Source: Gammaproteobacteria bacterium (GTDB taxonomy: Bacteria > Pseudomonadota > Gammaproteobacteria > Poriferisulfidales > Oxydemutatoraceae). Taken from it: a stretch of DNA of 64,000 nt. This document shows positions 32,601 through 39,640 of this stretch, piece by piece. The translations under genes and the position numbers were made by a program. The stretch's first letter is position 1; every line of letters begins with the position of its first letter. Location of the stretch: positions 9,284 to 73,283 of the forward strand of contig JAPPQC010000047.1 in assembly GCA_028817225.1 (NCBI GenBank), read 5' to 3'. The notes under the pieces are model-generated. The model worked only from the letters and a program-made list of their open reading frames with translations, had not been told where the DNA came from and did no database searches.

Positions 32601-35600
32601 ATGAGTTCAGCATCCGCGGCACTCCCGCGCCGCGGGCCGCCTCGTCCAGATGCATCACAAAGACCTCGGCGCGCTCGGTCACCTCGTCATCCACGGCGGT
32701 TACGCTGACCATCGCCGTCGTGGCGCCGGGTTCCATGATGAAAAAGCCGCTGTCCGGCTCGTAGTCGGCGGCGTCGGCGTTCGCCGTCGCGGCGGACGCA
32801 TCGGCGGCGATGCGCCACGGAATCGCGGCGGTGTTCTGGCGCGTGCTGCCGCCCAATGTCACCGTGAACGAGACGCTGAGACTCTCGGATGTCGCGCCGC
32901 CGCCGCTCAAGGCGACGGTGACTTCATCGTCGTCCAATATGGACGCGACCGGCGCCTGCCGGACGCCGACCGTGGTTTCATCAAACACCAGCGCGAAGGT
33001 TTCCCGGCCCTCGGCCAGCGCGTCGTCGGCGACGGCGACGGCGATGCTGCGGCTCGTGCCGGCGGCGTCGCCCGCGGCAAAGGCCACGCTGCCTGTTTGC
33101 GCGGTGATGAAGTCGTCGGCGTTCGCCGCGACCGCGCCGCGCCCCTCGATGGCCCAGTTCAGCGTCAGCCCGCCGCCGGCGATGTCGGCGCCGGACTCGA
33201 AAACAACGGAATACATCGCGGTGGTGCCCTCGGCAATGCTGTCCGGCCCGGCGACGGCAAACACGCGGTCTCTGGAGTCGCTCGCGGCGATGGTCGCCGT
33301 CGCCGTCATCGCCGCGGGCACTTCGCCGGCGGCGCCGGTTGCGCGCTCCAGTTCAAACACAAAGGTTTCCGCCCCCTCCGTCACAAAGTCCTTGAAGACG
33401 GCAACCTCGGCGGTCATGCGGCTGTCGCCGGGCGCGAAGGTCAGCGTGCCGGCGGGAAAATTCGCGGCGGCGGCGCGGTCGCCGAAGTCGCCGGCTTCGG
33501 CGGTGTTCATCGCGCCGGTCTGCGTGGTTTGCCAGGCCATCGTCAGGTCGTTGTCGCGCGCGCCGCCGGCCAACTCGACGGTGAAGACCGCGTCGTCGCC
33601 TTCGCTGACCGGCTGCGACGGCGGGGTGAGCGTTGCCACGACCGGATCGTTGTCGGCAATGACAACGGCGACGCCCGCCGTTGACGCGAGGCGAAGCGTG
33701 ACGCCGCCGACACGGGCGGTCACCAGTTCCAGAAACACCTCAAAGGCTTCGTCGGCTTCGTTGCGGTTGTCGTCGTGAACCGGAATCTCCAGGTTGACGC
33801 CGGTGTCGGTGCCTGCGGCCAGCGTCAGGACGCCCTCGGGGAACTCGCTGTCCAGGCCGCCGCCGAAGTCGGCGGGCCGCGCCCCGGCAGCGGTGCCTGT
33901 GACCCGGTAACGCACCTGCGCGTCGCCGTTGATTGCGCCGGACAGGCGCACGCTGAAGGCCGCGTTCGCACCCTCGGCCACCGGCGCCGCGGGGCCGGAC
34001 AGGCTGACGACGCCGACGGCGTCGGCGGCGATGGCCGCCTCACGCGACGGGTTGGCGGGCAGCGTCGGCTGCTCGGTGCTTTCGGCGCTTGCGCCGGTCA
34101 GCGTCAGCGTGAAGGTTTCGCGCTCCTCGGTCGTGAGGTCGGCGGCGAGCGGTATCGCAATCGTCGCGCTGGAATTCGTGCCCTCGGCGATGACCACGCC
34201 GCCGGAAGGAAACACGCCGCCGGCGAAGTCCGCCGCCGCCGCCGGATTGTCGCCGCTGCCGGCGACAACATATTGAACCGTGGTGGCGCTGCTGGCGCCC
34301 GGTATGCGCACGGTGAAGGTCGCGCTCGCGCCCTCGGCCACCGGCGCCGCGGGGCCTGCGTCCAGAATCACGCGGCGCGCGGGCGGGTCGTTGATGACGA
34401 CATCAACGCCGACCCGGTTCGGGTTTCTGGCGCTGACGCCGGAAGCCGGCAGCGGGAAAACGCCGCCGTTGCCCTGAAACGCGACATTCACCGACACCGC
34501 GAGCGTCTCGGTCGCCGCCTCGGCGACGGAATCGGCGATGAAGCGGATGCGGACAACGGCGCTGTCGCCGCCCGCGGGAATCGTCAAATTCCGGTTGCTT
34601 GCGCCGTGCCCGCCGAAACCCGCGGGCGCGAGCACCTGGTAGTCGCCGCCGTCCACCGTGGTGGGGCTGGTCGCGGAGTCAATGATCCAGGTGGCGACGA
34701 GGTCTTGCGTCAGCGGATAGCCGCCCTGCAATCGCAGCGTGTAGTCGGCCACATCGCCCTCCGCCACCGCGGAAGGGCCGGTGAAGGTGAAAGTGAAATC
34801 GTCGTTGCTCTCGGCGATGGTCGCCGACGCCGTGTCCTGCGGCGGCGGGCCGGTCGCGGTCATGCCGCCCTCGGCGCCGGTCAGCAACACGCTGAAAGTC
34901 TCGGCGCCTTCGTTGCCGGCGTCGTTGAACACCGGAAGGCGTATTTGGGCGGTGCTGTTGACGCCCGGCGTGATGGTCAGCATGCGGCTGGCCGGGAATG
35001 CCGCGAGCGGCGCGGTGTTGCCGGCGTTGCCGAAATCGTTCGCCGACGCCGGCGACGACACGCCCGGCAACACCGACCAGGTTACGACGGTGTTCTGCGT
35101 TGTTTGCCCGCGCGCAGTAACGGTGAAAACGGCCTCGCCGCCCTCGGCGACTTCCGCCGACGGCCCGGCGATGATAACGCCGTCGGCGGCGATGGCGGCG
35201 ACCAGCAGCGAATTGGCCGCCGGCGCCACCGCGCTGTCGCTTTCGGCGCCGGTCAGCAAAATCCGGAAGGTTTCCTCGCCTTCGGGCAGGCTGTCGTCGT
35301 CCCGAATGGACAGTTCCATCATCGCGGACGGATTGGCGCCCGCAGGGATGACGACTTCGCCGGACGGGAATTCACCGCCGGCGAAGTCCGCCGCAGACGC
35401 CGGGTTGGCGCCGAAACCGGAAACAACATAAGTGGCCGTGGTCGTGTCGGCGATGGTGCCGACAACGCGCACGGTGAAAGTCGCGGTGGCGCCCTCGGCC
35501 ACCGCCGCGGCGGGGCCTGCGGACAGCAGCACGCGGCCATCAGACGGGTCGGTCAGCGTGGTCTGCACGCTGCGCGCGGCGCCGATGATGGGAAAGACGC

Positions 35601-36402
35601 CGTCGTTGCCCCGGAACGGGGCGCCGCCGACGGACACCTGGATGGATTCCGCCGCCGTCTCGGTGACATCGTCGTCGGCGATGCGAACCAGCAGCGTGCC
35701 GGCGGTGGTGCCGGCGGCGATGGCGAGGTAGCCGGTGGCCGCCGCCGGGGCGCCGCCGAAGGACGTGGCGCCGGGGGTCAGGATTTGCAGGTCGGCGGGC
35801 GCGGCGGCGCCGCCGACGGCGACTTCGTACGGCACTTGCAGCGTGCTGACCGGCGCGTCGCCGCTGATGAGGAAGTCGTATTCGGCGGTGTCGCCCTCGA
35901 CCGCGGTCGCCGGGCCTTGCAGCGACAGGATGAAGTCGGCGCTGGCGCTGATTTCGACGACGGCGAAACGGCTGCCGGACAGCGCGGTGGCGCCGCCTTC
36001 GGCGCCGGTCAGGCGGACGGCGAAGAGTTCAACCGCCTCGTTGCGCCCGTCGCGCAACACCGGAATGGTGATGTCGGCGGTGGCATTCGTGCCAGCCTCG
36101 ACGCGCACTTCCTGCGCCGACAAAAACCTTTCCAGCGGCGTTGTCGTGCCGGGAGCGCCGAGGTCCTGCGGCTGCGCCGAACCGGAGATGCCGACGCCGG
36201 TGATGCTGTAAGTGGCCGTCGTCGCCATCGCCGTCGTGCCGTGCACCGTTATCGTGAAGACGGCGTTGCCGCCCTCGCTGACAGTCTGGTTCGCCGGAGC
36301 AATCGAGACCTCCGGCGCCTGCGCCGTCGCCGCGCCCGGGTACAAGACCGCGCCGACGACGAGAGACAGGGTCGCAAAAGCGAATGAATGGAATCTGTTC
36401 AC
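23599..36402 (-). CDS. Giant (4267 aa) secreted repeat protein / putative surface adhesin
   Basis: A single uninterrupted ORF with a GTG start.
- Signal peptide MNRFHSFAFATLSLVVGAVLYPGAATAQA.
- Roughly 15 Calx-beta-like modules of ~100 aa (recurring AxEGxxAxFTV...DF...ETFxxxL).
- A central region of different beta-rich modules.
- TSP3-like acidic calcium-binding repeats (DGDGIPDAAEIEYGGNPL, DGDRDGIADDSDLYEDD).
- A terminal tail GGGGGVGAGGGSFGVAGLLMLMLGALCMFLRRRFPNAARGAGGKA (Gly-rich motif, TM helix, Arg cluster).
GC and codon usage match the host genome. Confidence 0.85.
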   Translation of the reverse strand: MNRFHSFAFATLSLVVGAVLYPGAATAQAPEVSIAPANQTVSEGGNAVFTITVHGTTAMATTATYSITGVGISGSAQPQDLGAPGTTTPLERFLSAQEVRVEAGTNATADITIPVLRDGRNEAVELFAVRLTGAEGGATALSGSRFAVVEISASADFILSLQGPATAVEGDTAEYDFLISGDAPVSTLQVPYEVAVGGAAAPADLQILTPGATSFGGAPAAATGYLAIAAGTTAGTLLVRIADDDVTETAAESIQVSVGGAPFRGNDGVFPIIGAARSVQTTLTDPSDGRVLLSAGPAAAVAEGATATFTVRVVGTIADTTTATYVVSGFGANPASAADFAGGEFPSGEVVIPAGANPSAMMELSIRDDDSLPEGEETFRILLTGAESDSAVAPAANSLLVAAIAADGVIIAGPSAEVAEGGEAVFTVTARGQTTQNTVVTWSVLPGVSSPASANDFGNAGNTAPLAAFPASRMLTITPGVNSTAQIRLPVFNDAGNEGAETFSVLLTGAEGGMTATGPPPQDTASATIAESNDDFTFTFTGPSAVAEGDVADYTLRLQGGYPLTQDLVATWIIDSATSPTTVDGGDYQVLAPAGFGGHGASNRNLTIPAGGDSAVVRIRFIADSVAEAATETLAVSVNVAFQGNGGVFPLPASGVSARNPNRVGVDVVINDPPARRVILDAGPAAPVAEGASATFTVRIPGASSATTVQYVVAGSGDNPAAAADFAGGVFPSGGVVIAEGTNSSATIAIPLAADLTTEERETFTLTLTGASAESTEQPTLPANPSREAAIAADAVGVVSLSGPAAPVAEGANAAFSVRLSGAINGDAQVRYRVTGTAAGARPADFGGGLDSEFPEGVLTLAAGTDTGVNLEIPVHDDNRNEADEAFEVFLELVTARVGGVTLRLASTAGVAVVIADNDPVVATLTPPSQPVSEGDDAVFTVELAGGARDNDLTMAWQTTQTGAMNTAEAGDFGDRAAAANFPAGTLTFAPGDSRMTAEVAVFKDFVTEGAETFVFELERATGAAGEVPAAMTATATIAASDSRDRVFAVAGPDSIAEGTTAMYSVVFESGADIAGGGLTLNWAIEGRGAVAANADDFITAQTGSVAFAAGDAAGTSRSIAVAVADDALAEGRETFALVFDETTVGVRQAPVASILDDDEVTVALSGGGATSESLSVSFTVTLGGSTRQNTAAIPWRIAADASAATANADAADYEPDSGFFIMEPGATTAMVSVTAVDDEVTERAEVFVMHLDEAARGAGVPRMLNSSQSATIAQSDPRRVVFERTGYLISEAAPGATNTANPRLRFEPPGTAGEDVTVRLAPLSLSIPTSMGVVAGTGDYRFFNAAGDTALPAGTANTRVTLPAGETGAPAKIAIPHVNGYETTRTLGLVIDDALIGGTSASGLVTAGEASTTGITIQEDDRLVFGFLRDRHDFVEDTRSDPGFFVQITNVGANRFDGQPALRIVFRGSLQEILRDTVVPSLPSLGRVFTRSFGLNSTIEVSNFDIVDDSVGLEDEELFDVRILTHAEARELGEQQDPRIAANFSPVQETVLAVLDNEFIRENRWRIDRNTARTTPIRVSESQGTLRPDQAPHLSSASVRDVDFPWETGAAPGAMFDAVEGQDYRLTTSTSIRRGARSNTFDSRVVHPPLVLIDDDVAEEDKAFQLSYDSGQVVAGFTSGLEIHRTTRTIIIADDDDIRVDFEQAEYTLAEGVTTTICVVVPGYSLNRTVTASVAVNSVTAARDTDYTLTGDGRLADFTSSASEQRRCLNLEILDDLVSEPDEVFTLSLQFDGSSGSRVASARPTATVTIDDETPVGFSTVVGNSLYADTPEMLACDDCGDDSRIAYQLANPVVNGATFSFDAQARLTPPDGAARSAFLSQTTFGIAHDAAVLNNCRAARAGLTATRQDGFYLQTAMTAATGTTAWTFTATGADAYDAGDAAANRTRFGELTTDYRDLFRVECDIADTATRTDVGIAAVGWSGLRTLVAGGRDRGHLAYAGNRFDDIATNGDPWAVEVNLYGDGRRVDLVMSEPLQGPLSPAVFAHTGGGVSITAAALASPRVIELTLSGDSAGGAVAVAAGQSLTAGDGASVAAGYHLARLPAHDNAAPEMTAASFDNNDTVRLAFSPDFNAAAVSTADFVLSVLNPDGITGVEVVSLATDSNTTATLVVRTLGGAVQEGAARSANGAERLQIRLARNFVGDITDNVADAEDHPAETHQTPSRALAFGDDLRPGLLEFTAVNRTSASGGYVMNFRARFSERVNLQSSGIRVLEVSLAGENTGGQLANDVNVMVTRQSAGAASATYAIALGPLTPSQYPPAGFGYTVELIAAAIADDAGNALFPAEDRRATMGGHNRRGAFHTSEDLVAPTLMSARLDDANANLTLTFSEPVQFDAATGSIADIEITDSPGGWITTAALTSFPTIPAGGSTEVRFAVATQGPPPLNGASPEGRERARITLLTYTGDAGIRWQDATGNLLASGETADFGFNDNAAPVIAAVEAQAGLVAGGTTRRVTWTVTFTEPVTGVAANSFDIYALASSTASVSDAQSRRGADTFAGAGFEFTAAASTAGYTIELAEPSGAPLYYLPATTDTNVIREVPPKTRALGGVVQTGPDGARGVLTLRDETPPRLTAPPSISTGNTTIIYRFDEDVRRAAATTDALVALFNAGLSTASAASLAGDPAGYDRTAVLNDAISGIRVTGAVLEAGELRLALEISGPAPLDGAVPVTATNFLQIAFPEGAIEDIPAGGFDGNSVAARTDFFTLHDTAAPRVVSAAARGDAQENPDTTSSAGWTVVFTEPVSGVGSGDFVVCAVDAAADSCADETALGGTVVNADSIVSREYIVSTGSLVQRIGAPVFYRLQVDESATIAARDAPGQGIEGLPFTGDAHEVADTVAPVLTGALMDFPAGNRATATLVFNEAVTLNDFAARAQIAVTTSSEWITGAALAGDAVADGANLHIPLQTSGAAPVSGGSPDGVEAITVTLAAGAVADAVADANSAEYRRQLAFPENAPPQLRLRAPGAPVPDFRRHRVAPDGGGTLMMAWRLRFTEAVAGVSTDSFTLFSAPEVAEGADLAALADSLTSDAGVMNLATSATAYSSFTAAPVTDAPAVAMTSGSVVYSDTWELTVTGLSAINITTTTLAHYIVRLEQTQAAARISDDEGRSFANYAPARPVWSEVQPAGDANAPQVGAAAQATAVPGSPTELLLEVTIEDVLTTASAATFMNNFGVRSRNGAAVPPAGPFATVSGMELVRYGAATDVRVAVGEDETTLTFRARLTGTLDNGESAVGGERFRFTIPGGRLTDIFGNTQNDDMTFTATVPESGAPEVAEFSVLSSVERAPNTGVFDLRYLLAFTEPVTISSAALALYSAPGRNQPPLTRAGAVPIGNVLDGALAAGIPPSSVASSMSQARVVVAYNGVQRPERMVRGYAIFLRDTGATESMAPMTRTLEDCPYYDTDETMTGCLSASADVSDVSPPRLHGAGYAGSRLWLRFDEPARALAAGAELADGDALEGFEVLPGHQMGQMTSASVAVERAAYRVSAQPGAARITGIELQLDTVIQGTETAVWVRYTPPAAGAGIYDNADLRGLNAAPNRIARVLELRVAEGLTDDGDGDGIPDAAEIEYGGNPLAPLSDAERAALPQVVLGRGVSDIARIAYSGIRVLGADAHLGIGTTGTVAARLTAWYLSDTFGYTPAPGEPGYGCTGRFPANYRAPVARGGCAVVDFADIRAGVEHRIGWLAADAAGYWLPQATTSTLSEQRIVRVPELNMNSERLFFLAADADSATVAVEANHDGPEAASDLTLSFTTGEMQTGRKTFSFTVAKSAVTASRTWGIAGLSGAGASLWRAGTDTAALTANSYSLGLATQTTVVRLGDDSLPPTVGSPVLFSGAGRGDGDVRSVLSAGVFAVQLPVENPHPSLAPVVTATGAGAAALSALSAVRSGADIEVALTVAAVTTPTSVTLRISAPGRGATATVTVSWPIVPSAHALAAVAASDGDRDGIADDSDLYEDDSGLPVAVLDTDGSLAGADSWHHIRPVLPGQSVRLGAATLRRAADREDLMPGAAPSYDTWAASFFDVEGFEVVYDFSVYDVDYSSGMAQNSTATTVAGGRAGVIIPLPESLYADANLALFKYREDGASEPFAALPGGNDYGFAPLANGACPDDTGAADSPYRDSGGLRRPKSGGDACLVVYVADGGEYDEDEALPNGVVHDPLGLRAGGGGGVGAGGGSFGVAGLLMLMLGALCMFLRRRFPNAARGAGGKA

Positions 36403-36455
36403 ACCTGGTGCATGTGCGGGAACAAAGGCCGTGCATGCCCCTGTCCAGGCGCGGC

Positions 36456-36490
36456 ATTATACCCGAACCGCCGTTCACCGGCCAATTCGC
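36456..36490 (-). promoter_or_regulatory. Candidate promoter for the giant gene (TATAAT about 50 nt upstream of the GTG)
   Basis: A minus-strand GGTATAATG (plus-strand cattatacc at about 36455-36463) lies between the tRNA-His 3' end and the giant ORF. Confidence 0.3.
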
Positions 36491-36510
36491 GCCTTTGGCG
36501 GCGCGGGGGG

Positions 36511-36587
36511 TGGGGTGAGCGATGGGACTCGAACCCACGACATCAGGAGCCACAATCCTGTGCTCTACCAACTGAGCTACGCCCACC
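36511..36587 (-). tRNA. tRNA-His (GTG)
   Basis: Reverse complement GGTGGGCGTAGCTCAGTTGGTAGAGCACAGGATTGTGGCTCCTGATGTCGTGGGTTCGAGTCCCATCGCTCACCCCA. It has the G-1 extra base, a 7-bp acceptor stem, an anticodon loop ttGTGgc, a T-loop GGTTCGAGTCC and a CCA end. Confidence 0.9.
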
Positions 36588-36589
36588 TC

Positions 36590-36666
36590 TGGCGCGCCTG
36601 GCAGGACTCGAACCTGCTACCTCCGGTTTAGAAGACCGATGCTCTTTCCAGATGAGCTACAGGCGC
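36590..36666 (-). tRNA. tRNA-Arg (TCT)
   Basis: Reverse complement GCGCCTGTAGCTCATCTGGAAAGAGCATCGGTCTTCTAAACCGGAGGTAGCAGGTTCGAGTCCTGCCAGGCGCGCCA, with anticodon loop ctTCTaa. Confidence 0.9.
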
Positions 36667-36668
36667 CG

Positions 36669-36745
36669 TGGTCGGGGCAAGAGGATTTGAACCTCCGACC
36701 TCCTGCTCCCAAAGCAGGTGCGCTCCCAGACTGCGCCATGCCCCG
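36669..36745 (-). tRNA. tRNA-Pro (TGG)
   Basis: Reverse complement CGGGGCATGGCGCAGTCTGGGAGCGCACCTGCTTTGGGAGCAGGAGGTCGGAGGTTCAAATCCTCTTGCCCCGACCA, with anticodon loop ttTGGga. Confidence 0.9.
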
Positions 36746-36861
36746 CCGCGCCCGATTATAACGCAAGCGCCATAACGCAGGCGCGGGCGGCGGTTGTGGA
36801 CACCGGCGCGAGAACGGGTAACATATAAGACCTGATTCACCACCAACCCGGGATACAAACC

Positions 36862-37449
36862 ATGTCTAAACTGCTTCCGAATTTTTCCGCCGCCTGCTGC
36901 ACACTGCTGGCGCTGGGCATGACGGCGTGCGCCGACGCCGACGCCCCGCGCGTGCGCCTTGCGACCAGCCTCGGCGACATCGTCGTTGAACTCAACCCGG
37001 CCAAGGCGCCGGTGACGACCGAAAACTTCCTCGCCTACGCGCGCGACGGCTTCTACGACGGCCTGATTTTTCACCGCGTCATTCCGAACTTCATGATTCA
37101 GGGCGGCGGCTTTGAGGAGGGCATGCAGCAGCGGACGCCGCGCGCGCCGATCAAGAACGAGGCCGACAACGGCCTGCGCAACCTGCGCGGAACCATCGCC
37201 ATGGCGCGCACCAACGACCCCCACTCGGCGACGGCGCAGTTCTTCATCAACCTGAAAGACAACGCCTTTCTCGACTTCAAGGCGCAGAACGCGCAGGGCT
37301 GGGGCTACTGCGTGTTCGGCAAGGTCGTCGAGGGGCTGGATGTGGTGGACAAGATCGCCGCCGGCAAGACCGTGCGCGCCGGCCCGTACAGCGATGTGCC
37401 CGAAAAAACCGTCACCATCAAAAAGGCGGCTGTCACCGGCGAATCATGA
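36862..37449 (+). CDS. ppiA: Periplasmic peptidyl-prolyl cis-trans isomerase A (cyclophilin)
   Basis: A signal peptide followed by a cyclophilin core (HRVIPNFMIQGGGF...). Confidence 0.92.
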   Translation: MSKLLPNFSAACCTLLALGMTACADADAPRVRLATSLGDIVVELNPAKAPVTTENFLAYARDGFYDGLIFHRVIPNFMIQGGGFEEGMQQRTPRAPIKNEADNGLRNLRGTIAMARTNDPHSATAQFFINLKDNAFLDFKAQNAQGWGYCVFGKVVEGLDVVDKIAAGKTVRAGPYSDVPEKTVTIKKAAVTGES

Positions 37450-37538
37450 CGCCGTTTGCGGCGGGCGATGTGCCCGAAAAAGCCGTCACCATCAGGAAGG
37501 CGGCTGTCGCCGGCGAATCATGACGCCGTTTGCGGCGG
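37391..37538. repeat. Tandem duplication (2 x 74 bp) of the ppiA 3' end
   Basis: Copy 1 (37391-37464) is the true gene end, including the TGA at 37447-49. Copy 2 (37465-37538) is a near-identical duplicate in the ppiA-lpxH spacer. Confidence 0.8.
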
Positions 37539-37554
37539 CGGGCGGCGCGGCTGA

Positions 37555-38268
37555 ATGACCGCGCTGTTCGTCTCGGACTGCCATCTCAGTCCCGAACGCC
37601 CGCACATCATGGACTGCTTCGCCGGCTTCCTGCGGGGCCGCGCGAGGCGCGCCGACCAACTGTTCATCCTCGGCGACCTGTTCGACTACTGGGTCGGCGA
37701 CGACGACCCGGCGGAGGAATTTGCCGGCGTCTTCCGGGCGCTGGCCGAACTCGGCGCGCGCATTCCGGTCTATTTCATCGCCGGCAACCGCGACTTCATG
37801 GCCGGCGCGCAATTCGCGCGGCGCACCGGCTGCCGCCTGCTGCCGGACCTGCATGTCCTCGACGCCGACCGCCCGACGCTGCTGATGCACGGCGACCTGC
37901 TGTGCACCGCCGACACCGGCTACCAGCGCTACCGCCGCATCATCCGCCACCCGCTGGCGATGGCGGCGGCGCGGCGTCTGAAACTCGACTGGCGCAGGCG
38001 CATCGCGCTGTCGCTGCGCCAAAGCAGCCGCCGCGCGATGGCCGGCAAGAGCGAGACCGTGATGGATGTTGAGCAGCGCGCCGTCACCGCCTGCATGCGC
38101 CGCTTCTCGGTGCGGCGGCTGATACACGGCCACACCCACCGCCCGGCGATTCACGACTTCACGGTGGACGGCGAACCGGCGCAGCGCATCGTGCTCGGCG
38201 ACTGGTACGAACAAGGCAGCGTGCTTGAACTGGACAACGGACGCCTGCACACGCGCCCGCCGGACTGA
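37555..38268 (+). CDS. lpxH: UDP-2,3-diacylglucosamine diphosphatase
   Basis: MTALFVSDCHLSPERP...ILGDLFDYWVGDDD...GNRDF...HGHTHRP aligns with E. coli LpxH throughout. Confidence 0.93.
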   Translation: MTALFVSDCHLSPERPHIMDCFAGFLRGRARRADQLFILGDLFDYWVGDDDPAEEFAGVFRALAELGARIPVYFIAGNRDFMAGAQFARRTGCRLLPDLHVLDADRPTLLMHGDLLCTADTGYQRYRRIIRHPLAMAAARRLKLDWRRRIALSLRQSSRRAMAGKSETVMDVEQRAVTACMRRFSVRRLIHGHTHRPAIHDFTVDGEPAQRIVLGDWYEQGSVLELDNGRLHTRPPD

Positions 38269-38409
38269 CACCGGCGGCGCTGTTCGGCGCACCTTCAACA
38301 CAATACTCAGGCCAACCCAGGCTGATGCCCAAGTCCATACACCGGCGGCGCTGCCCGGCGCAATCTGAAAACAGAACTCAGGCCAACTTCAGGCCGATGA
38401 CCAGGTCCA
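38266..38409. repeat. Tandem duplication (2 x ~72 bp) of the glycerate-kinase gene 3' end
   Basis: Copy 2 (38339-38409) encodes the real C-terminus (MDLVIGLKLA*). Copy 1 (38266-38337) is a diverged duplicate that starts exactly at the convergent lpxH stop codon. Confidence 0.75.
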
Positions 38410-39640
38410 TCACATTGGTTCCGGTCGGGCCGGTTACGATGAGGTCGCCCGACGCCTCCAGAAAAGCGCCGCTGTCGGCGCGCGCCAGGCAGTCGGCGGC
38501 GGACAGTCCGGCGCTTTCGCCGCGCGCGATGGTGCCGCCGTCCACGACGCCGCCGGCGGCGTCGGTCGGGCCGTCGGTGCCGTCGGTGCCGGCGGCCAGC
38601 AGAAACACATCGTCGCGCCCCTGAATCGCCGCCGCCGCCGCCAGCGCCAGATGCTGGTTGCGCCCGCCGCGCCCCGGCTTGTCGGGCAGGTGCATCAGTG
38701 TCTCGCCGCCGAGCACCAACACGCTGCGCCGCGCCTCGCACAGCCGCCGGCAGACCTGGCGCGCGGTGTCGGCGGCGTCGCCGTCGAGAAAATCGCCGGG
38801 GTCGGCGGCGTCGTGGCCAAGCGCTGCGGCCTTTTGCAGGCACGCGCGCCGGGCGTCGGCCAGCCGCGCGATGATGTGCGTCTCAATGGCGGCGAACGCG
38901 GCGTCGTCCGGCGCCGGCACCGCGCGAACGCCTTGCAACGCGGCGGCGACTTGCGGCGGATAATCAGCGGCGTTGAAGGTCTCGCGCACCGGCGTCAGCA
39001 GGCCCGAACCGATGACGCCGGGGTCGTCGCCCGGCACATCGGAAATCAGCAGGTTGAGCGCCGGGCAGTTGTTCAGGTGCGGCGCGAGCCGCCCGCCCTT
39101 GATGCGCGACACCGCGCGCCGCACCGTGTTCATGCGCGCGATGTCCAGGCCGTTGTCAAGCAGCGCGCGCGTCAGATGTTCCAGGCCGCCGGGGGTCAGG
39201 CCGTCGGCGGGCGCCTCGACCAGGCTCGACGCGCCGCCCGACAGCAGAAACAGAAAGCGGTTGCCGGGGCGCGCCCATGAACCGAGGCAGTCGAGCAGCG
39301 CCGCGCCGGCCTCAAGGCTGGCGGCGCCCGGCACCGGATGGTCGGACTCAATGCAGCGCACGCCGGGGCGCCGCGCCAGATCGTCATCCAGATGGCCGTG
39401 CTTGGTGATGACGAGCGCGCGTTCAATGTGCTGCGGCAGCGCATCAAACGCGCCGGCGGCCATCGCCGACGCCGCCTTGCCGACGGCGACCAGATGCACC
39501 GGCGACGGCGGCGGCGGATGCGCGGCGAAGTAGGCGCGAACCGCGTCGCGCCCGCGCACGCGCGCCAGCCCGGCGTTGAAAATGTCGGCCAGGTCGGCGC
39601 GCGCGGCGGACGCGGCGGACGCCCCGCAGGAAGCCGTCAC
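38378..39640 (-). CDS. Glycerate 2-kinase (MOFRL family; GlxK/TtuD-like)
   Basis: 420 aa with the typical MOFRL N- and C-terminal domains (LVAVGKAASAMA..., AAGTDGTDGPTDAAGG). Confidence 0.8.
   Translation of the reverse strand: MTASCGASAASAARADLADIFNAGLARVRGRDAVRAYFAAHPPPPSPVHLVAVGKAASAMAAGAFDALPQHIERALVITKHGHLDDDLARRPGVRCIESDHPVPGAASLEAGAALLDCLGSWARPGNRFLFLLSGGASSLVEAPADGLTPGGLEHLTRALLDNGLDIARMNTVRRAVSRIKGGRLAPHLNNCPALNLLISDVPGDDPGVIGSGLLTPVRETFNAADYPPQVAAALQGVRAVPAPDDAAFAAIETHIIARLADARRACLQKAAALGHDAADPGDFLDGDAADTARQVCRRLCEARRSVLVLGGETLMHLPDKPGRGGRNQHLALAAAAAIQGRDDVFLLAAGTDGTDGPTDAAGGVVDGGTIARGESAGLSAADCLARADSGAFLEASGDLIVTGPTGTNVMDLVIGLKLA

Noticed and set aside
23758-36387. Long plus-strand ORFs opposite the giant gene (for example 24265-26310 681 aa, 26962-31617 1551 aa, 33775-36387 870 aa)
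   Set aside because: They are antisense to a clearly coding, domain-structured minus-strand ORF. Their Arg/Ala/Gly-rich translations are typical of stop-poor high-GC antisense frames, with no motifs.
36403-36861. Integrase, attachment repeats or a mobile-element boundary next to the tRNA cluster
   Set aside because: No integrase or transposase ORF is present on either side, and no direct repeat of a tRNA 3' end was found. Only a weak hairpin lies after tRNA-His. The island hypothesis therefore rests on context alone.
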